DNA from: an uncultured Alistipes sp.
Lineage (GTDB): Bacteria; Bacteroidota; Bacteroidia; Bacteroidales; Rikenellaceae
Direction of reading: 5' to 3'
NCBI GenBank assembly: GCA_964542345.1
Contig: CAZIUJ010000001.1
Coordinates: 1-42,323, forward strand
DNA: 42,323 nucleotides
Position numbers and translations under genes: made by a program. A model generated the notes under the pieces. It saw only the letters and a program-made list of their open reading frames with translations, did not search any database and had not been told where the DNA came from. This document shows, piece by piece, positions 17,185 through 27,094 of this stretch (positions are counted from its first letter, which is position 1; each line of letters begins with the position of its first letter).

Positions 17185-18615
17185 ATGAAAAACTGCAAAT
17201 TATATCTCATCGCAGCGTGCTGCATCCTGCTGGCAGGGTGTTACAACGACTTCGATACGCCGGCGCCCGCCAAAATATGGACCGACGGGGAGGTCGAGGC
17301 GCAGGGTCTCCGGCCGATCACTATCAAGGAGCTCAAGCAGGCTTACGCCGACAAGTTCAGTGCGTTGGGCGGACTGAGCAATACCGGCAGCAACGGCAGC
17401 TGGAGCGATACCAAAACGTTGAAGCTCGGAGCTCCCTCGTCATCCTACGAGGCCGACTTTGAAACCAACCCCGGCAACATGAAGTTCTGGGAGGAGGCCG
17501 CCGACTGCTACATCAAGGGCAAGGTCATCTCCAGCGACGCGCAGGGCAACGTCTACAAGTCGCTCTATATCGACGACGGCACGGCCGCCATCGAGCTGAA
17601 GCTCTGCGGGACGTTGTACACCTCTTTCCCGCTCAACCTCTCGACGAAGGAGAGTACGTGGGTCTACGTCAAGCTCAAGGACTTCTACCTCGGCAACTAC
17701 CGCATGATGCTTTCGTTGGGCGATGCCCCGTCCAATGCCCTCAATACGGGCTTGGCCGACAAGTACTACGCCAACTCGAATTTCGAGAGCACCGACCTGT
17801 GGTCCAACCTCAGGAATCCGGTTTTCAACCGCGTGCTGCGCGGCGAGGCCTGTACGCTGGACGAAACCAACATCCGCGAGGTCGACGCTTCTTCTTATGC
17901 CGAGCTGGGCGAGGACGACTACGCGCGCCTGGTCTATTTCAAGGGCGTTACGATCCGTTATGCCGGCGTCGAATGTGCGAATTTGGTGCTCGACGAGAAC
18001 GGCGATCCGATCGTGAATCCCGTCTACGCGAAGTTCATCGAGGAGGGCGGCACGCCTGTCTTCGATTGGAACGGTGCGGTTCAGTATTACAACGAGTTGG
18101 GTGAGCTCGAATCGCTGCTCGACGAGGAGGGGAAGCAGGTCTACAAGTATCTGTGGACCGAGAAAGTTCGGCTTCCCGACATTGGGGACAATCCCTATCC
18201 CAACTGGATCGTTACCGACTCGGGTTCTCCGGATTTCAAGCCGTGGTATTATTGGGCGTACAGCCGCGACAACGTTAGCCTCTACGGCTCGGTGCTCATG
18301 TTGTTGAATACCTCGGCTACGGCCACCAACGTCGCCGGCGTTTACACGATCCGCACCAGCGGTTACTCGCGCTTCGCCATGCAGCCGATTCCCGCCGACG
18401 GCACCGTGGGCAACGTGTTGGGTATCTACGGCATCTATTCCAAGAGCGCCACATATCCCTATGCGCAGTACCAGATCACCGTCAACCGCATCGAGGATCT
18501 CGAATTTCCGACCGAATCGTTGCTCTCGGAGGAGTGGATCATCCACAATACCCCCGACGATTCTTACACCCCGCCCGTCAAGGACGGTGCTGGCAACTAC
18601 GACAGCTACGACTGA
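17185..18615 (+). CDS. DUF5689-like surface lipoprotein (OB-fold-like)
   Basis: Lipobox LAG-C-YNDFD; TIKELK, IKGKVISSDAQGNVYKSLYIDDGTAAIEL, IRTSGYSRFA..IP...G.V.GI. Confidence 0.78.
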   Translation: MKNCKLYLIAACCILLAGCYNDFDTPAPAKIWTDGEVEAQGLRPITIKELKQAYADKFSALGGLSNTGSNGSWSDTKTLKLGAPSSSYEADFETNPGNMKFWEEAADCYIKGKVISSDAQGNVYKSLYIDDGTAAIELKLCGTLYTSFPLNLSTKESTWVYVKLKDFYLGNYRMMLSLGDAPSNALNTGLADKYYANSNFESTDLWSNLRNPVFNRVLRGEACTLDETNIREVDASSYAELGEDDYARLVYFKGVTIRYAGVECANLVLDENGDPIVNPVYAKFIEEGGTPVFDWNGAVQYYNELGELESLLDEEGKQVYKYLWTEKVRLPDIGDNPYPNWIVTDSGSPDFKPWYYWAYSRDNVSLYGSVLMLLNTSATATNVAGVYTIRTSGYSRFAMQPIPADGTVGNVLGIYGIYSKSATYPYAQYQITVNRIEDLEFPTESLLSEEWIIHNTPDDSYTPPVKDGAGNYDSYD

Positions 18616-18634
18616 TCCATCCCCGCACTTCCTC

Positions 18635-18665
18635 AGGGCCCGGCATCGCCGGGCCTTGTTTTTTT
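18635..18665 (+). terminator. Intrinsic terminator ending the nuclease/TonB operon
   Basis: AGGGCCCGGC-ATC-GCCGGGCCTT-GTTTTTTT. Confidence 0.8.
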
Positions 18666-18928
18666 CTATGTTTCCGGTGCGATTTTCCGAATGCGGTTTT
18701 GGAATTATTTCTTGAAGGGGAATATGATTTTTTTATTTATCGGGCGCTTTCGAATTTGAATTTTTGTATTTTGCAGGCTCATTTGTAAATTTTGAATAAT
18801 TTCATAGGGCCTGTTTTTGGTTCCGCAGGCGCACTTTCCGACAAGTCGGATTGTATTATTCCCATAACTATCTGAAATACAATTTGTTTTAATCTTTTCG
18901 GGGGGGGTAGAAAAAGGTGTGTAGATTC

Positions 18929-18959
18929 TTGTTATTATCATCGCTTTTTCATACCTTTA
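18929..18959 (+). promoter_or_regulatory. Candidate capsule-locus promoter
   Basis: TTG (18929-18931), 20-nt spacer, TACCTTTA (18952-18959; one mismatch to TAnnTTTG); implies a ~150-nt leader before upxY. Confidence 0.5.
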
Positions 18960-19119
18960 CACTCGTTAATAAAGCTTTTTGCAGGATCGATACGGATCGG
19001 TTCCCGGGTGTCTTTATGAGGAATCTATCTGCTATCGGTTGGATTCCAGCTGTTTATGCAGATTGGAGTGAGCTAAGGGTATGCCCGTATTTCAAAATAA
19101 GGACTCGAAAACAGATGTA

Positions 19120-19782
19120 ATGGCGCCGATGGAAGCCGACGCTTCCAGCTGCCCTCAGTGGTTCGTGATGCGGGCTTACAAGAGCGAGCGACTGGCTGAA
19201 CAGCTGCTGAGCGGAAAATTCGGATTGCCTCATTTCATCCCGAAGCATTACGTGATCCGTACCTATCACGGCAAGAAACAGCGGGAGTTGCTTCCGGTGA
19301 TTCCGAGCATCGTTTTCGTCTACGCTTGCCGGACTGAAATTCAGGAGTTTCGGATGCGTTTCGGAGAGTTGCCGCTGCAGTATGTCATGAAACGGGGGCG
19401 TTATTCGTCCGATAGGCTTTCCTACCTCATTGTGCCGGAGTCGCAGATGGACGATTTCATCAAGGTGGCTTCCCAGTACGAATCGGAGATCACCTATTAT
19501 CGTCCCGATGAAATCGCCTTGCAGAAAGGGTGCCGGGTTCGGGTACATGGTGGACGTTTCGACGGCGTGGAGGGCGTGTTGGTGAAGGTCAAAGGGAAGC
19601 GAAGCCGGCGCGTCGTTGTCATGCTGGAGCATATCGCTGCCGTTGCGGCTGCGGAGATTCTTCCCGATCTGATCGAGGTTTTGCCGGACATATCCGACAG
19701 CGGGGCAGAGTCCGATTTTCGGAACCGGAGTGCGGCGCATCTCCGTCAATCCCGGATTCCAGAGGCGGCCGGAGTGCTTTGA
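19120..19782 (+). CDS. upxY: UpxY-family (NusG paralogue) transcription antiterminator; start could be 19081, 19120 or 19129
   Basis: WFVMRAYKSE, FIPKH, PVIPSIVFV, LIVPESQMDDFI, KOW motif GCRVRVHGGRFDGVEG; first gene of a polysaccharide locus. Confidence 0.9.
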   Translation: MAPMEADASSCPQWFVMRAYKSERLAEQLLSGKFGLPHFIPKHYVIRTYHGKKQRELLPVIPSIVFVYACRTEIQEFRMRFGELPLQYVMKRGRYSSDRLSYLIVPESQMDDFIKVASQYESEITYYRPDEIALQKGCRVRVHGGRFDGVEGVLVKVKGKRSRRVVVMLEHIAAVAAAEILPDLIEVLPDISDSGAESDFRNRSAAHLRQSRIPEAAGVL

Positions 19783-19804
19783 GCCGGTTGCCTGCGAATA
19801 GTCG

Positions 19805-21838
19805 ATGAAATTTTCGTTTCAGGAACGTCTTTTGAAAGCGGAGACGACAGAACGTATGAATGAAATTAACAGAATGGATGCTATGATAAAGAGAGAGGCC
19901 TTTTTCCGCAAGTATCTGGCGGATCGTTATCTCAATGCGTGGTTGATTCTGGCTTGCGACGTGGGCGCTTGCGTGGGCTCGTCGTTGCTGGTGTTGCTGT
20001 TAAGCTATATGGGAACCTCGCATCTTTTCGGGCGGCGGTTCTTGCTGTTGTGGCTTGTCGGGGCGGCTTTTTTCTCCCTGCTGATGTCCGTAGCCTTGCG
20101 TACTTATCGCGTGATCATCCGCTATTCTACGCTGCGCGACATCGGTAAAATCTGTATCGTCGCTTTCGGCAAGGAGGTCTTGTTGGGGGTATTCATGCTG
20201 AGTACGTTTTCGGTCAGCGTCTCGTTGCCGAGGTTCGTCGGCTTGCTCTTTTTTGATCTGGCACTCACGATCGTCCTGCTTGTCCTCGTCCGTGTCTCCA
20301 TGATCGTTGTGTACGATTTGCTGAAGCGGCGCGTCAAGGAGCAGCATGCGTTATGTAGCGTATTGGTTTACGGCAACGGCGACAAGTCGGTCGGTCTGGC
20401 TACTCGTTTGAATAACTCGGTCCATTATCGCGTGGCCGGCTTCCTGACTTATGGCAAGCACCTGAAAGGGCATACCGTCTCGGGACATCCGATCTATTAT
20501 TTCCGGACGGCTGAGGACCTCGCTTATCTCTGCAAACGCTACGAGATCGACGCCGTGCTGTTCGCCTACCATACCGACGCCCAGACGGAGCAGCAGCGGC
20601 TCGTCAAGTATTGCCAGGAGTTGGGTCTCAAGATGTTGATGGCTCCCGTCATCGACGAGATCGAGGACAGCAAGGCCGCTTTCCTGTCCAATATCCGGAA
20701 GATCAAGATCGAGGACTTGCTGGAGCGCCCCGAGATCGAGATTTCGATGAATGAGATCGTCGACAATTTCAAGGACAAGGTCGTGCTCGTAACCGGTGCC
20801 GCAGGGTCCATCGGCTCGGAGTTGTGCCGGCAGCTGGCCCGATTCGGCATCCGGCAGTTGATTTTGTTCGACAACGCCGAAACGCCGCTCCACAATTTAC
20901 GGCTCGAATTCGAGGACAAACACCCGGAGCTGCCTTTTATTCCGGTCATCGGCGATGTCCGGATGCAGGCCCGGCTGGATTTCGTATTCCGGACCTATCA
21001 TCCGCAGGTGGTTTTCCATGCTGCAGCTTATAAGCATGTTCCGTTGATGGAGGAGAATCCTTGCGAAGCCGTGTTGGTCAATGTCGCCGGTTCGCGTAAC
21101 GTCGCCGACAAATGTATCGAATACGGCGTCGAGAGCATGGTCATGATCTCGACCGACAAGGCAGTCAATCCGACCAACATCATGGGCTGCACCAAGCGCC
21201 TGGCCGAAATTTACATCCAGTCGTTGGGGCTGGCCGTCGAGGAGGGGCGGGTGAAAGGACGTACCAAGTTCGTTACCACCCGTTTCGGCAACGTGCTGGG
21301 GTCGAACGGCTCGGTTATTCCGCGTTTCCGCGAGCAGATCGCTGCCGGCCGTCCCGTAACGGTTACCGACCCGCGGATCGAGCGTTTCTTCATGACCATT
21401 CCCGAGGCTTGTCGCCTGGTCATGGAGGCCGCGACCATTTCGACCGGTAACCAGATTTTCGTTTTCGACATGGGAAAGCCGGTCAAGATCACCCATCTGG
21501 CCGAGCAGATGATCCGGCTGGCCGGTTTCGAGGTCGGCAAGGACATCCGCATCGAGTATGTCGGATTGCGTCCCGGTGAAAAGTTGTATGAGGAGGTCCT
21601 CGCCGGCAAGGAGAATACATTGCCCACGTCGCATGATCGCATTCGCGTCGCTCAGATCCGTGAGTACGATTACAACGACGCTTTGCAGGCCGTTTCCGAA
21701 CTGGAAGATCTTTCCCGCGATGTCAACATTCCGGCTATGGTTCGCCTGATGAAGCGCACGGTCCCCGAGTACAAATCCGAAAATTCGGCGTTCGAGCAGT
21801 ACGACCGGGAGGTCGTCGGGCAGAAAGAACTGGCTTGA
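19805..21838 (+). CDS. Membrane-bound UDP-GlcNAc 4,6-dehydratase (CapD/PglF/WbpM family); true start may be 19856-19883
   Basis: Four N-terminal TMs; IEDLLER, VTGAAGSIGSELCRQ, HAAAYKHVP, STDKAVNPTNIMGCTKR, RFGNVLGSNGSVIP, GLRPGEKLYEE. Confidence 0.93.
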   Translation: MKFSFQERLLKAETTERMNEINRMDAMIKREAFFRKYLADRYLNAWLILACDVGACVGSSLLVLLLSYMGTSHLFGRRFLLLWLVGAAFFSLLMSVALRTYRVIIRYSTLRDIGKICIVAFGKEVLLGVFMLSTFSVSVSLPRFVGLLFFDLALTIVLLVLVRVSMIVVYDLLKRRVKEQHALCSVLVYGNGDKSVGLATRLNNSVHYRVAGFLTYGKHLKGHTVSGHPIYYFRTAEDLAYLCKRYEIDAVLFAYHTDAQTEQQRLVKYCQELGLKMLMAPVIDEIEDSKAAFLSNIRKIKIEDLLERPEIEISMNEIVDNFKDKVVLVTGAAGSIGSELCRQLARFGIRQLILFDNAETPLHNLRLEFEDKHPELPFIPVIGDVRMQARLDFVFRTYHPQVVFHAAAYKHVPLMEENPCEAVLVNVAGSRNVADKCIEYGVESMVMISTDKAVNPTNIMGCTKRLAEIYIQSLGLAVEEGRVKGRTKFVTTRFGNVLGSNGSVIPRFREQIAAGRPVTVTDPRIERFFMTIPEACRLVMEAATISTGNQIFVFDMGKPVKITHLAEQMIRLAGFEVGKDIRIEYVGLRPGEKLYEEVLAGKENTLPTSHDRIRVAQIREYDYNDALQAVSELEDLSRDVNIPAMVRLMKRTVPEYKSENSAFEQYDREVVGQKELA

Positions 21839-21861
21839 TCCGTTTTCTTAAATCGCAAAGC

Positions 21862-22938
21862 ATGATGACACGTGTCGTCGAAGGAGAGAAAATATTGGTT
21901 ACGGGTGCGGCCGGCTTTATTGGAAGCGCTGTTTGCCGGCGCTTGCTCGCGCAGGGTCGCGAGGTCATCGGGCTCGACAATATCAATGCTTATTATAGCG
22001 TAGATTTGAAATACGGCCGCTTGAAGTCGCTTGGAGTCGATCGGGATTCCATCGATTGGTACAAGTTGGTTCCGAGCCGTTCTTTTGACTGCTTCCGCTT
22101 CGTCCGGATGAACCTCGAAGACCGGCAGGCCATGCAGATGCTTTTCGCTAACGAACGCTTCGACAAGGTCGTGCATCTTGCTGCGCAGGCCGGCGTGCGT
22201 TATTCGATCGAGAATCCGTACGCCTATGTCGAAAGCAATATCGACGGCTTCCTGAACGTGCTGGAGGGTTGCCGCCACCACCATGTGAAGCACTTGGTCT
22301 ATGCCTCTTCTTCCAGCGTCTACGGATTAAACGGCAAGGTCCCTTTTTCCGAGCATGATTCCATCGCGCATCCCGTCAGTTTGTATGCCGCCACTAAGAA
22401 ATCCAACGAGTTGATGGCGCATACTTATAGCCACCTCTATGGGTTGCCTGCCACCGGGTTGCGATTCTTTACAGTTTACGGTCCGTGGGGACGTCCGGAT
22501 ATGTCGCCTTTCCTCTTCGCCGACGCCATTCTCCACGGTCGCCCGATCAAGGTCTTCAACAACGGGGACATGCTCCGGGACTTTACGTATATCGACGACA
22601 TCGTCGAGGGCGTTGTCCGGGTCGTCGATCATCTTCCGGTCGGTACGGCTGAGTGGGATGCGGAAACTCCCGACCCGGCTTCTTCGCCCGCTCCTTATCG
22701 GATTTACAATATCGGAAATTCCGATCCGGTCCGGCTTATGGATTTTATCTCCGCCATTGAAGAAGCCTGTGGACGGAAGGCCGAGAAAATATTTTTGCCT
22801 ATGCAGCCTGGCGACGTCTATCAGACCAGTGCCGACACTTCGGCTCTCGAAGAGGCTGTTGGGTTCCGGCCTGCTACGCCTCTTTCTGTGGGTATTCGCC
22901 GGACGGTCGAATGGTTTCGGCAGTTCTATGATCTTTAA
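21862..22938 (+). CDS. NAD-dependent epimerase, UDP-glucuronate 4-epimerase type
   Basis: LVTGAAGFIG, HLAAQAGVRYS.ENP, YASSSSVYG, YAATKKSNELMAHTYSHLY, YGPWGRPDM. Confidence 0.9.
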   Translation: MMTRVVEGEKILVTGAAGFIGSAVCRRLLAQGREVIGLDNINAYYSVDLKYGRLKSLGVDRDSIDWYKLVPSRSFDCFRFVRMNLEDRQAMQMLFANERFDKVVHLAAQAGVRYSIENPYAYVESNIDGFLNVLEGCRHHHVKHLVYASSSSVYGLNGKVPFSEHDSIAHPVSLYAATKKSNELMAHTYSHLYGLPATGLRFFTVYGPWGRPDMSPFLFADAILHGRPIKVFNNGDMLRDFTYIDDIVEGVVRVVDHLPVGTAEWDAETPDPASSPAPYRIYNIGNSDPVRLMDFISAIEEACGRKAEKIFLPMQPGDVYQTSADTSALEEAVGFRPATPLSVGIRRTVEWFRQFYDL

Positions 22939-22992
22939 TACGGACGAACCGATTCCGGGGAGCCGGTGTCTTATAATTTAGGTTGTTAAAAT

Positions 22993-24306
22993 ATGAAAAT
23001 CGCGATTGTCGGAACCGGTTATGTCGGTCTGGTTACCGGAACTTGTTTTTCCGAAATGGGGATCGACGTAACCTGCGTAGATACGCAGAAACAGAAGATC
23101 GAGAACCTGAAACAGGGGATTATTCCCATCTACGAACCCGGGCTCGAAGAGTTGGTGCTTCGGAATTGCAAGGCCGGGCGTCTGCGTTTTACGACCGATC
23201 TTACCGAATGTTTGGACGACGTAGAGGTGGTCTTCAGTGCTGTCGGAACTCCGCCGGACGAGGATGGTTCCGCCGACTTGAGCTATGTTCTTGAGGTGGC
23301 TCGTACGATTGGCCGTAGCATGAACCGCTATACGTTGATCGTTACAAAAAGTACGGTTCCTGTGGGTACGGCCTTGAAGGTGAAGAGCACTGTTCAAAAG
23401 GAGTTGGACAAGCGGGGTGTGCACATTGACTTCGATGTTGCCTCCAATCCCGAGTTTCTCAAGGAAGGTAACGCCGTGGATGATTTTATGAAGCCCGACC
23501 GGGTTGTGGTCGGCGTCGATTCTGAGCGGGCGAAAAAGATCATGGAGCGTTTGTACAAGCCTTTCATGATGAACCATTACAGGTTGATCTTTACCGATAT
23601 TCCGTCAGCCGAAATGATCAAGTATGCCGCCAATTCCATGCTCGCTACCCGGATCAGTTTCATGAATGACATCGCCAATCTGTGCGAGCTCGTGGGGGCA
23701 GACGTCAATATGGTGCGCAAGGGGATCGGGGCCGATAGCCGTATCGGCAGCAAGTTCCTCTATCCCGGTTGCGGCTATGGCGGTTCTTGTTTTCCGAAAG
23801 ATGTGAAGGCATTGATTAAGACCGCCGAGAAGAACGGGTACTCCATGCGCGTGTTGAAAGCCGTGGAGGAGGTGAACGAGGCTCAGAAAAAAATTCTTGT
23901 CGAGAAATTGATAAAATATTTCCACGGCACTCTTCATGGGAAGCGCATCGCCATGTGGGGTTTGGCGTTCAAACCTGAAACCGACGATATGCGCGAGGCG
24001 CCCGCTTTGGTGTTGATCGACCGCTTGATCGCAGCTGGTGCAACCGTGAAGGTGTACGATCCGATTGCTATGGACGAGTGCCGGCGCAGAGTCGGCGACA
24101 AGGTCTTCTATGCCAATGATATGTATGATGCCGTGCTTGAGGCGGACGCTTTGTTGCTGGTAACCGAATGGAAGGAGTTCCGCGTACCCAGTTGGGGCGT
24201 GCTCAAAAGTGCCATGCGGCAGGCTGCCATATTCGACGGCCGCAACATCTATGACCGGCATGAACTCCTTGAGAACGGATTCGCTTATTGCTGTATTGGG
24301 AAATAA
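22993..24306 (+). CDS. ugd: UDP-glucose 6-dehydrogenase
   Basis: GTGYVGL, KSTVPVGT, SNPEFLKEG, KYAANSMLA, catalytic GYGGSCFPKD, GLAFKPETDDMRE. Confidence 0.93.
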   Translation: MKIAIVGTGYVGLVTGTCFSEMGIDVTCVDTQKQKIENLKQGIIPIYEPGLEELVLRNCKAGRLRFTTDLTECLDDVEVVFSAVGTPPDEDGSADLSYVLEVARTIGRSMNRYTLIVTKSTVPVGTALKVKSTVQKELDKRGVHIDFDVASNPEFLKEGNAVDDFMKPDRVVVGVDSERAKKIMERLYKPFMMNHYRLIFTDIPSAEMIKYAANSMLATRISFMNDIANLCELVGADVNMVRKGIGADSRIGSKFLYPGCGYGGSCFPKDVKALIKTAEKNGYSMRVLKAVEEVNEAQKKILVEKLIKYFHGTLHGKRIAMWGLAFKPETDDMREAPALVLIDRLIAAGATVKVYDPIAMDECRRRVGDKVFYANDMYDAVLEADALLLVTEWKEFRVPSWGVLKSAMRQAAIFDGRNIYDRHELLENGFAYCCIGK

Positions 24307-24315
24307 AAGGATTGC

Positions 24316-24600
24316 ATGTTTAAATATATCGATATCCTGAAATTCATATTTAGTATTTGTATTGTGGCATCGGGATTCTTTTTTAGACGGAATATTTATA
24401 ATGGCACCGACTCCCATGTCAGAAAAAGAGTATTATCCCGCTTGTCTACCAGTTGCTGGTATTTTTGAACCTTGAATATTTTGCTTCAGGTAATGCTTTT
24501 TTTATGCGGCGCTACAAATTATGAAAGGGCAAAGAAATGCGAGAGGTCTTGCTCGGTGGTTTGACTCTATGTATTTATTTTGTTGTTTTGTACTCTTAAT
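24316..24600 (+). pseudogene. Decayed acyltransferase-3 (OafA-like O-acyltransferase) remnant; 3' boundary approximate
   Basis: 50-aa ORF 24316-24468 MFKYIDILKFIFSICIVASGFFFRR... joins the family N-terminal IDxLKFI motif directly to the SGFFF motif; followed by stop-interrupted hydrophobic fragments. Confidence 0.55.
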
Positions 24601-24654
24601 AAAGTGAAATTCCGGCCCGTCTACGATCGGATCCGATGACGGGAGCATAATGCA

Positions 24655-25947
24655 ATGATGGATATGTCGGGCGCTTATTTGCAACAAGGAAAGAATCTCG
24701 TTAAAAACAACAGCGTTGTTTTTAAGAATTTTTCGTATATCTCCATTTTGCAGATATTCGTCTTGATCGCGCCGTTGATTACCTATCCCTATTTGATTCG
24801 AACATTAGGTGCGGAATTGTACGGATGGGTTATTTTGGCTCAGATCGTTGCGAGTTATTGCTCGCTTATCGTGGACTTCGGTTTCAATGCGGTCAGCGCC
24901 AAACATATTGCGATTCATCGTAACGATCGCACAAAATTGTCGGAAATCATGTCGTCTATTTTGACGATCCGGTTGTTATTGTGGATATGTTGTCTGTTAC
25001 TGTATGTTTTGGCTGTTTATGCCATAACGGCCTATAGAGCGCATTTTTGGTTGTTCGTTTTTTCCTTCGGCTTGACATTGAATGAATTATTGTTTCCTCA
25101 GTTCTATTTTCAGGGAATTGAGAAAATGCGGTACATTACGATGCTGAATATCGTGATACGTTCCGTTTCCATTGTACTGATCTTTCTTTGTATTAAAAAT
25201 GCCGATAATTATTTGTTTGTGCCCGTATTGATGAGTATCGGTTATTTGATCGGAGGTATCTGGTCGCTTTGCATTATATTTGGACAGGATCGCATCGTTT
25301 ATAAAATTCCGCCTCTCGGAGTTCTGAAATACTATTTTAAGGATGCATCATTGATTTTTTTGACTAATATCGTATCGACCATAAAGGATAAGTTCAATTA
25401 TATTCTGCTAGGGCATTTTGTCGCCATGAATCAAATGGTGGTGTATGATTTGGGGTCCAAAATATCCGGTCTCCTCTCCAAACCGGCCGAAATATTGAGC
25501 ATCGTGTTGTTGCCTAAAGTTGCTAAAGAGAAAAATATTCGGGTATTCAAATTTGCCACTGTCGGATTGTTCGTTTTTATTTGTTTGTCTGTGGCTGTCC
25601 TGAATGTTTTTTTACCGGAGATAATCCGTTTCTTCATCGAAGAGGAAATGGAACTGCTTCCGATCAGACTCTATTCGTTGGCTCCGGTTTTCTTGGGCAT
25701 AAGTATTTTCATAGCATCCAATTTGATGATTGCATTCGGTTACAACAGATATTTGCTTTACAGTATTTTCGTAACGACCGGTATTTATTTGCTGTTGCTG
25801 GGCATCATGTATTGCAGCGGATGGTTGAGTGCGGTCGTCTCGTTTGTTGCAATCTCCGTTCTCTCGTTTATGGGAGAATTAGTCTATCGGATGATGATTG
25901 CCTGCAAAATCATAAAGAGAGAAAACCGTATTTCGAGCGTTTGTTGA
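24655..25947 (+). CDS. wzx: Oligosaccharide flippase
   Basis: KNFSYISILQ..PLITYPYLIRTLG..YG..VDFGF; FPQFYFQGIEKM; ~12 TM segments. Confidence 0.9.
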   Translation: MMDMSGAYLQQGKNLVKNNSVVFKNFSYISILQIFVLIAPLITYPYLIRTLGAELYGWVILAQIVASYCSLIVDFGFNAVSAKHIAIHRNDRTKLSEIMSSILTIRLLLWICCLLLYVLAVYAITAYRAHFWLFVFSFGLTLNELLFPQFYFQGIEKMRYITMLNIVIRSVSIVLIFLCIKNADNYLFVPVLMSIGYLIGGIWSLCIIFGQDRIVYKIPPLGVLKYYFKDASLIFLTNIVSTIKDKFNYILLGHFVAMNQMVVYDLGSKISGLLSKPAEILSIVLLPKVAKEKNIRVFKFATVGLFVFICLSVAVLNVFLPEIIRFFIEEEMELLPIRLYSLAPVFLGISIFIASNLMIAFGYNRYLLYSIFVTTGIYLLLLGIMYCSGWLSAVVSFVAISVLSFMGELVYRMMIACKIIKRENRISSVC

Positions 25948-25984
25948 ATATAATCGTTATATTTGAAAAAAAGTTCATTGCTTT

Positions 25985-27094
25985 ATGAAGTTCCCTAATA
26001 AGTATTTGCGGAATCTGAAACCTTATAAGCTGGCATCCCATAAAATTTGGACAGTAACGCCGCAGGAGCGTACTAATATTCTGAAACTGGACTGGAACGA
26101 AGCGACGATTCCTCCCAGTGCTCAGGTAAAGGTGCGCTTGCAGCGGATTCTGGAAGAACCTAATTTCTTCAATCTCTATCCGACAACTTATAATGAAGAA
26201 TTGTTGGATTTGTTGTCTGCCTATGTCGGGTTGCCCAGGGAGAACGTACAGTACTTCGGCAGTTCTGATGCGCTTCATGAATATATTTGTAAAATATATA
26301 TCAGCGTAGGCGATCCGGTAATCATATTGGGCCCTTCATACGATAATTTCCGATTGACCTGTCAGGCCAATGGCGCAGAGGTCTTTTATTCCAACTACAC
26401 GGAGGATTTCGAGTTCGATGCGGCGAAATTCGAGGAGGATATCGTTAAGAAAGAGCCGGCCGTAGTCTATATGTGCAATCCGAACAACCCTACGGGAAAT
26501 GTACATACCAAAGAGTATATCGAGCATCTGTTGAATGAATTTGCGGATACGTTGTTTTTGATCGACGAGGCTTATTTTGAATTTTCGGGGCAGACGGTGA
26601 AAGATTTGGTTTTGCAGTATGACAATTTGTTGATTTCGCGTACCATGTCGAAAGCATTCGCCATAGCAAATTTCAGAGTCGGTTATTTGATTGCCTCGAA
26701 AGACAATGTGCAGTTCATCAATAGGGTTAGAAATCCTAAAAATCTCAGCACCATAGCCCAAGAGGCCGCCATAGCCGCCTTGAGCGACGTGGAATATATG
26801 CGGCACTATGTCGAGGAGGTGCATCTTGCAAAGGATTTTTTCATTCGGAAAATGGTTTCGTACAGTCAATATCTGAAAGTCTATCCGGGACATGGAAATT
26901 TTTTATTGATAAAGTTCCCATCGTATGAGGAGAAACGCGGCTTGTTTGATTTTTTGGCACAGAACAATATTTTCGTACGCGATACCACTCAGGATCCTAT
27001 TGTTTATAATTGTTTTCGCATGACGATTGGAACACGGGAACAGATGCAGCGGGTAGTCGGCGTGATCGATCTTTATTATGCCGGCCGGAAATAA
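25985..27094 (+). CDS. HisC-like class I/II PLP aminotransferase; probable DHAP to serinol-phosphate aminotransferase
   Basis: LKLDWNEATIPPS, CNPNNPTG, IDEAY, PLP lysine in RTMSKAFAIANFRVGY; capsule context with HAD and TupA genes. Confidence 0.8.
   Translation: MKFPNKYLRNLKPYKLASHKIWTVTPQERTNILKLDWNEATIPPSAQVKVRLQRILEEPNFFNLYPTTYNEELLDLLSAYVGLPRENVQYFGSSDALHEYICKIYISVGDPVIILGPSYDNFRLTCQANGAEVFYSNYTEDFEFDAAKFEEDIVKKEPAVVYMCNPNNPTGNVHTKEYIEHLLNEFADTLFLIDEAYFEFSGQTVKDLVLQYDNLLISRTMSKAFAIANFRVGYLIASKDNVQFINRVRNPKNLSTIAQEAAIAALSDVEYMRHYVEEVHLAKDFFIRKMVSYSQYLKVYPGHGNFLLIKFPSYEEKRGLFDFLAQNNIFVRDTTQDPIVYNCFRMTIGTREQMQRVVGVIDLYYAGRK

Noticed and set aside
18666-19119. Invertible promoter for the capsule locus
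   Set aside because: No pair of long inverted repeats flanking the promoter was found by eye; the 8-bp IR at 18850-18883 encloses only 18 bp with no promoter
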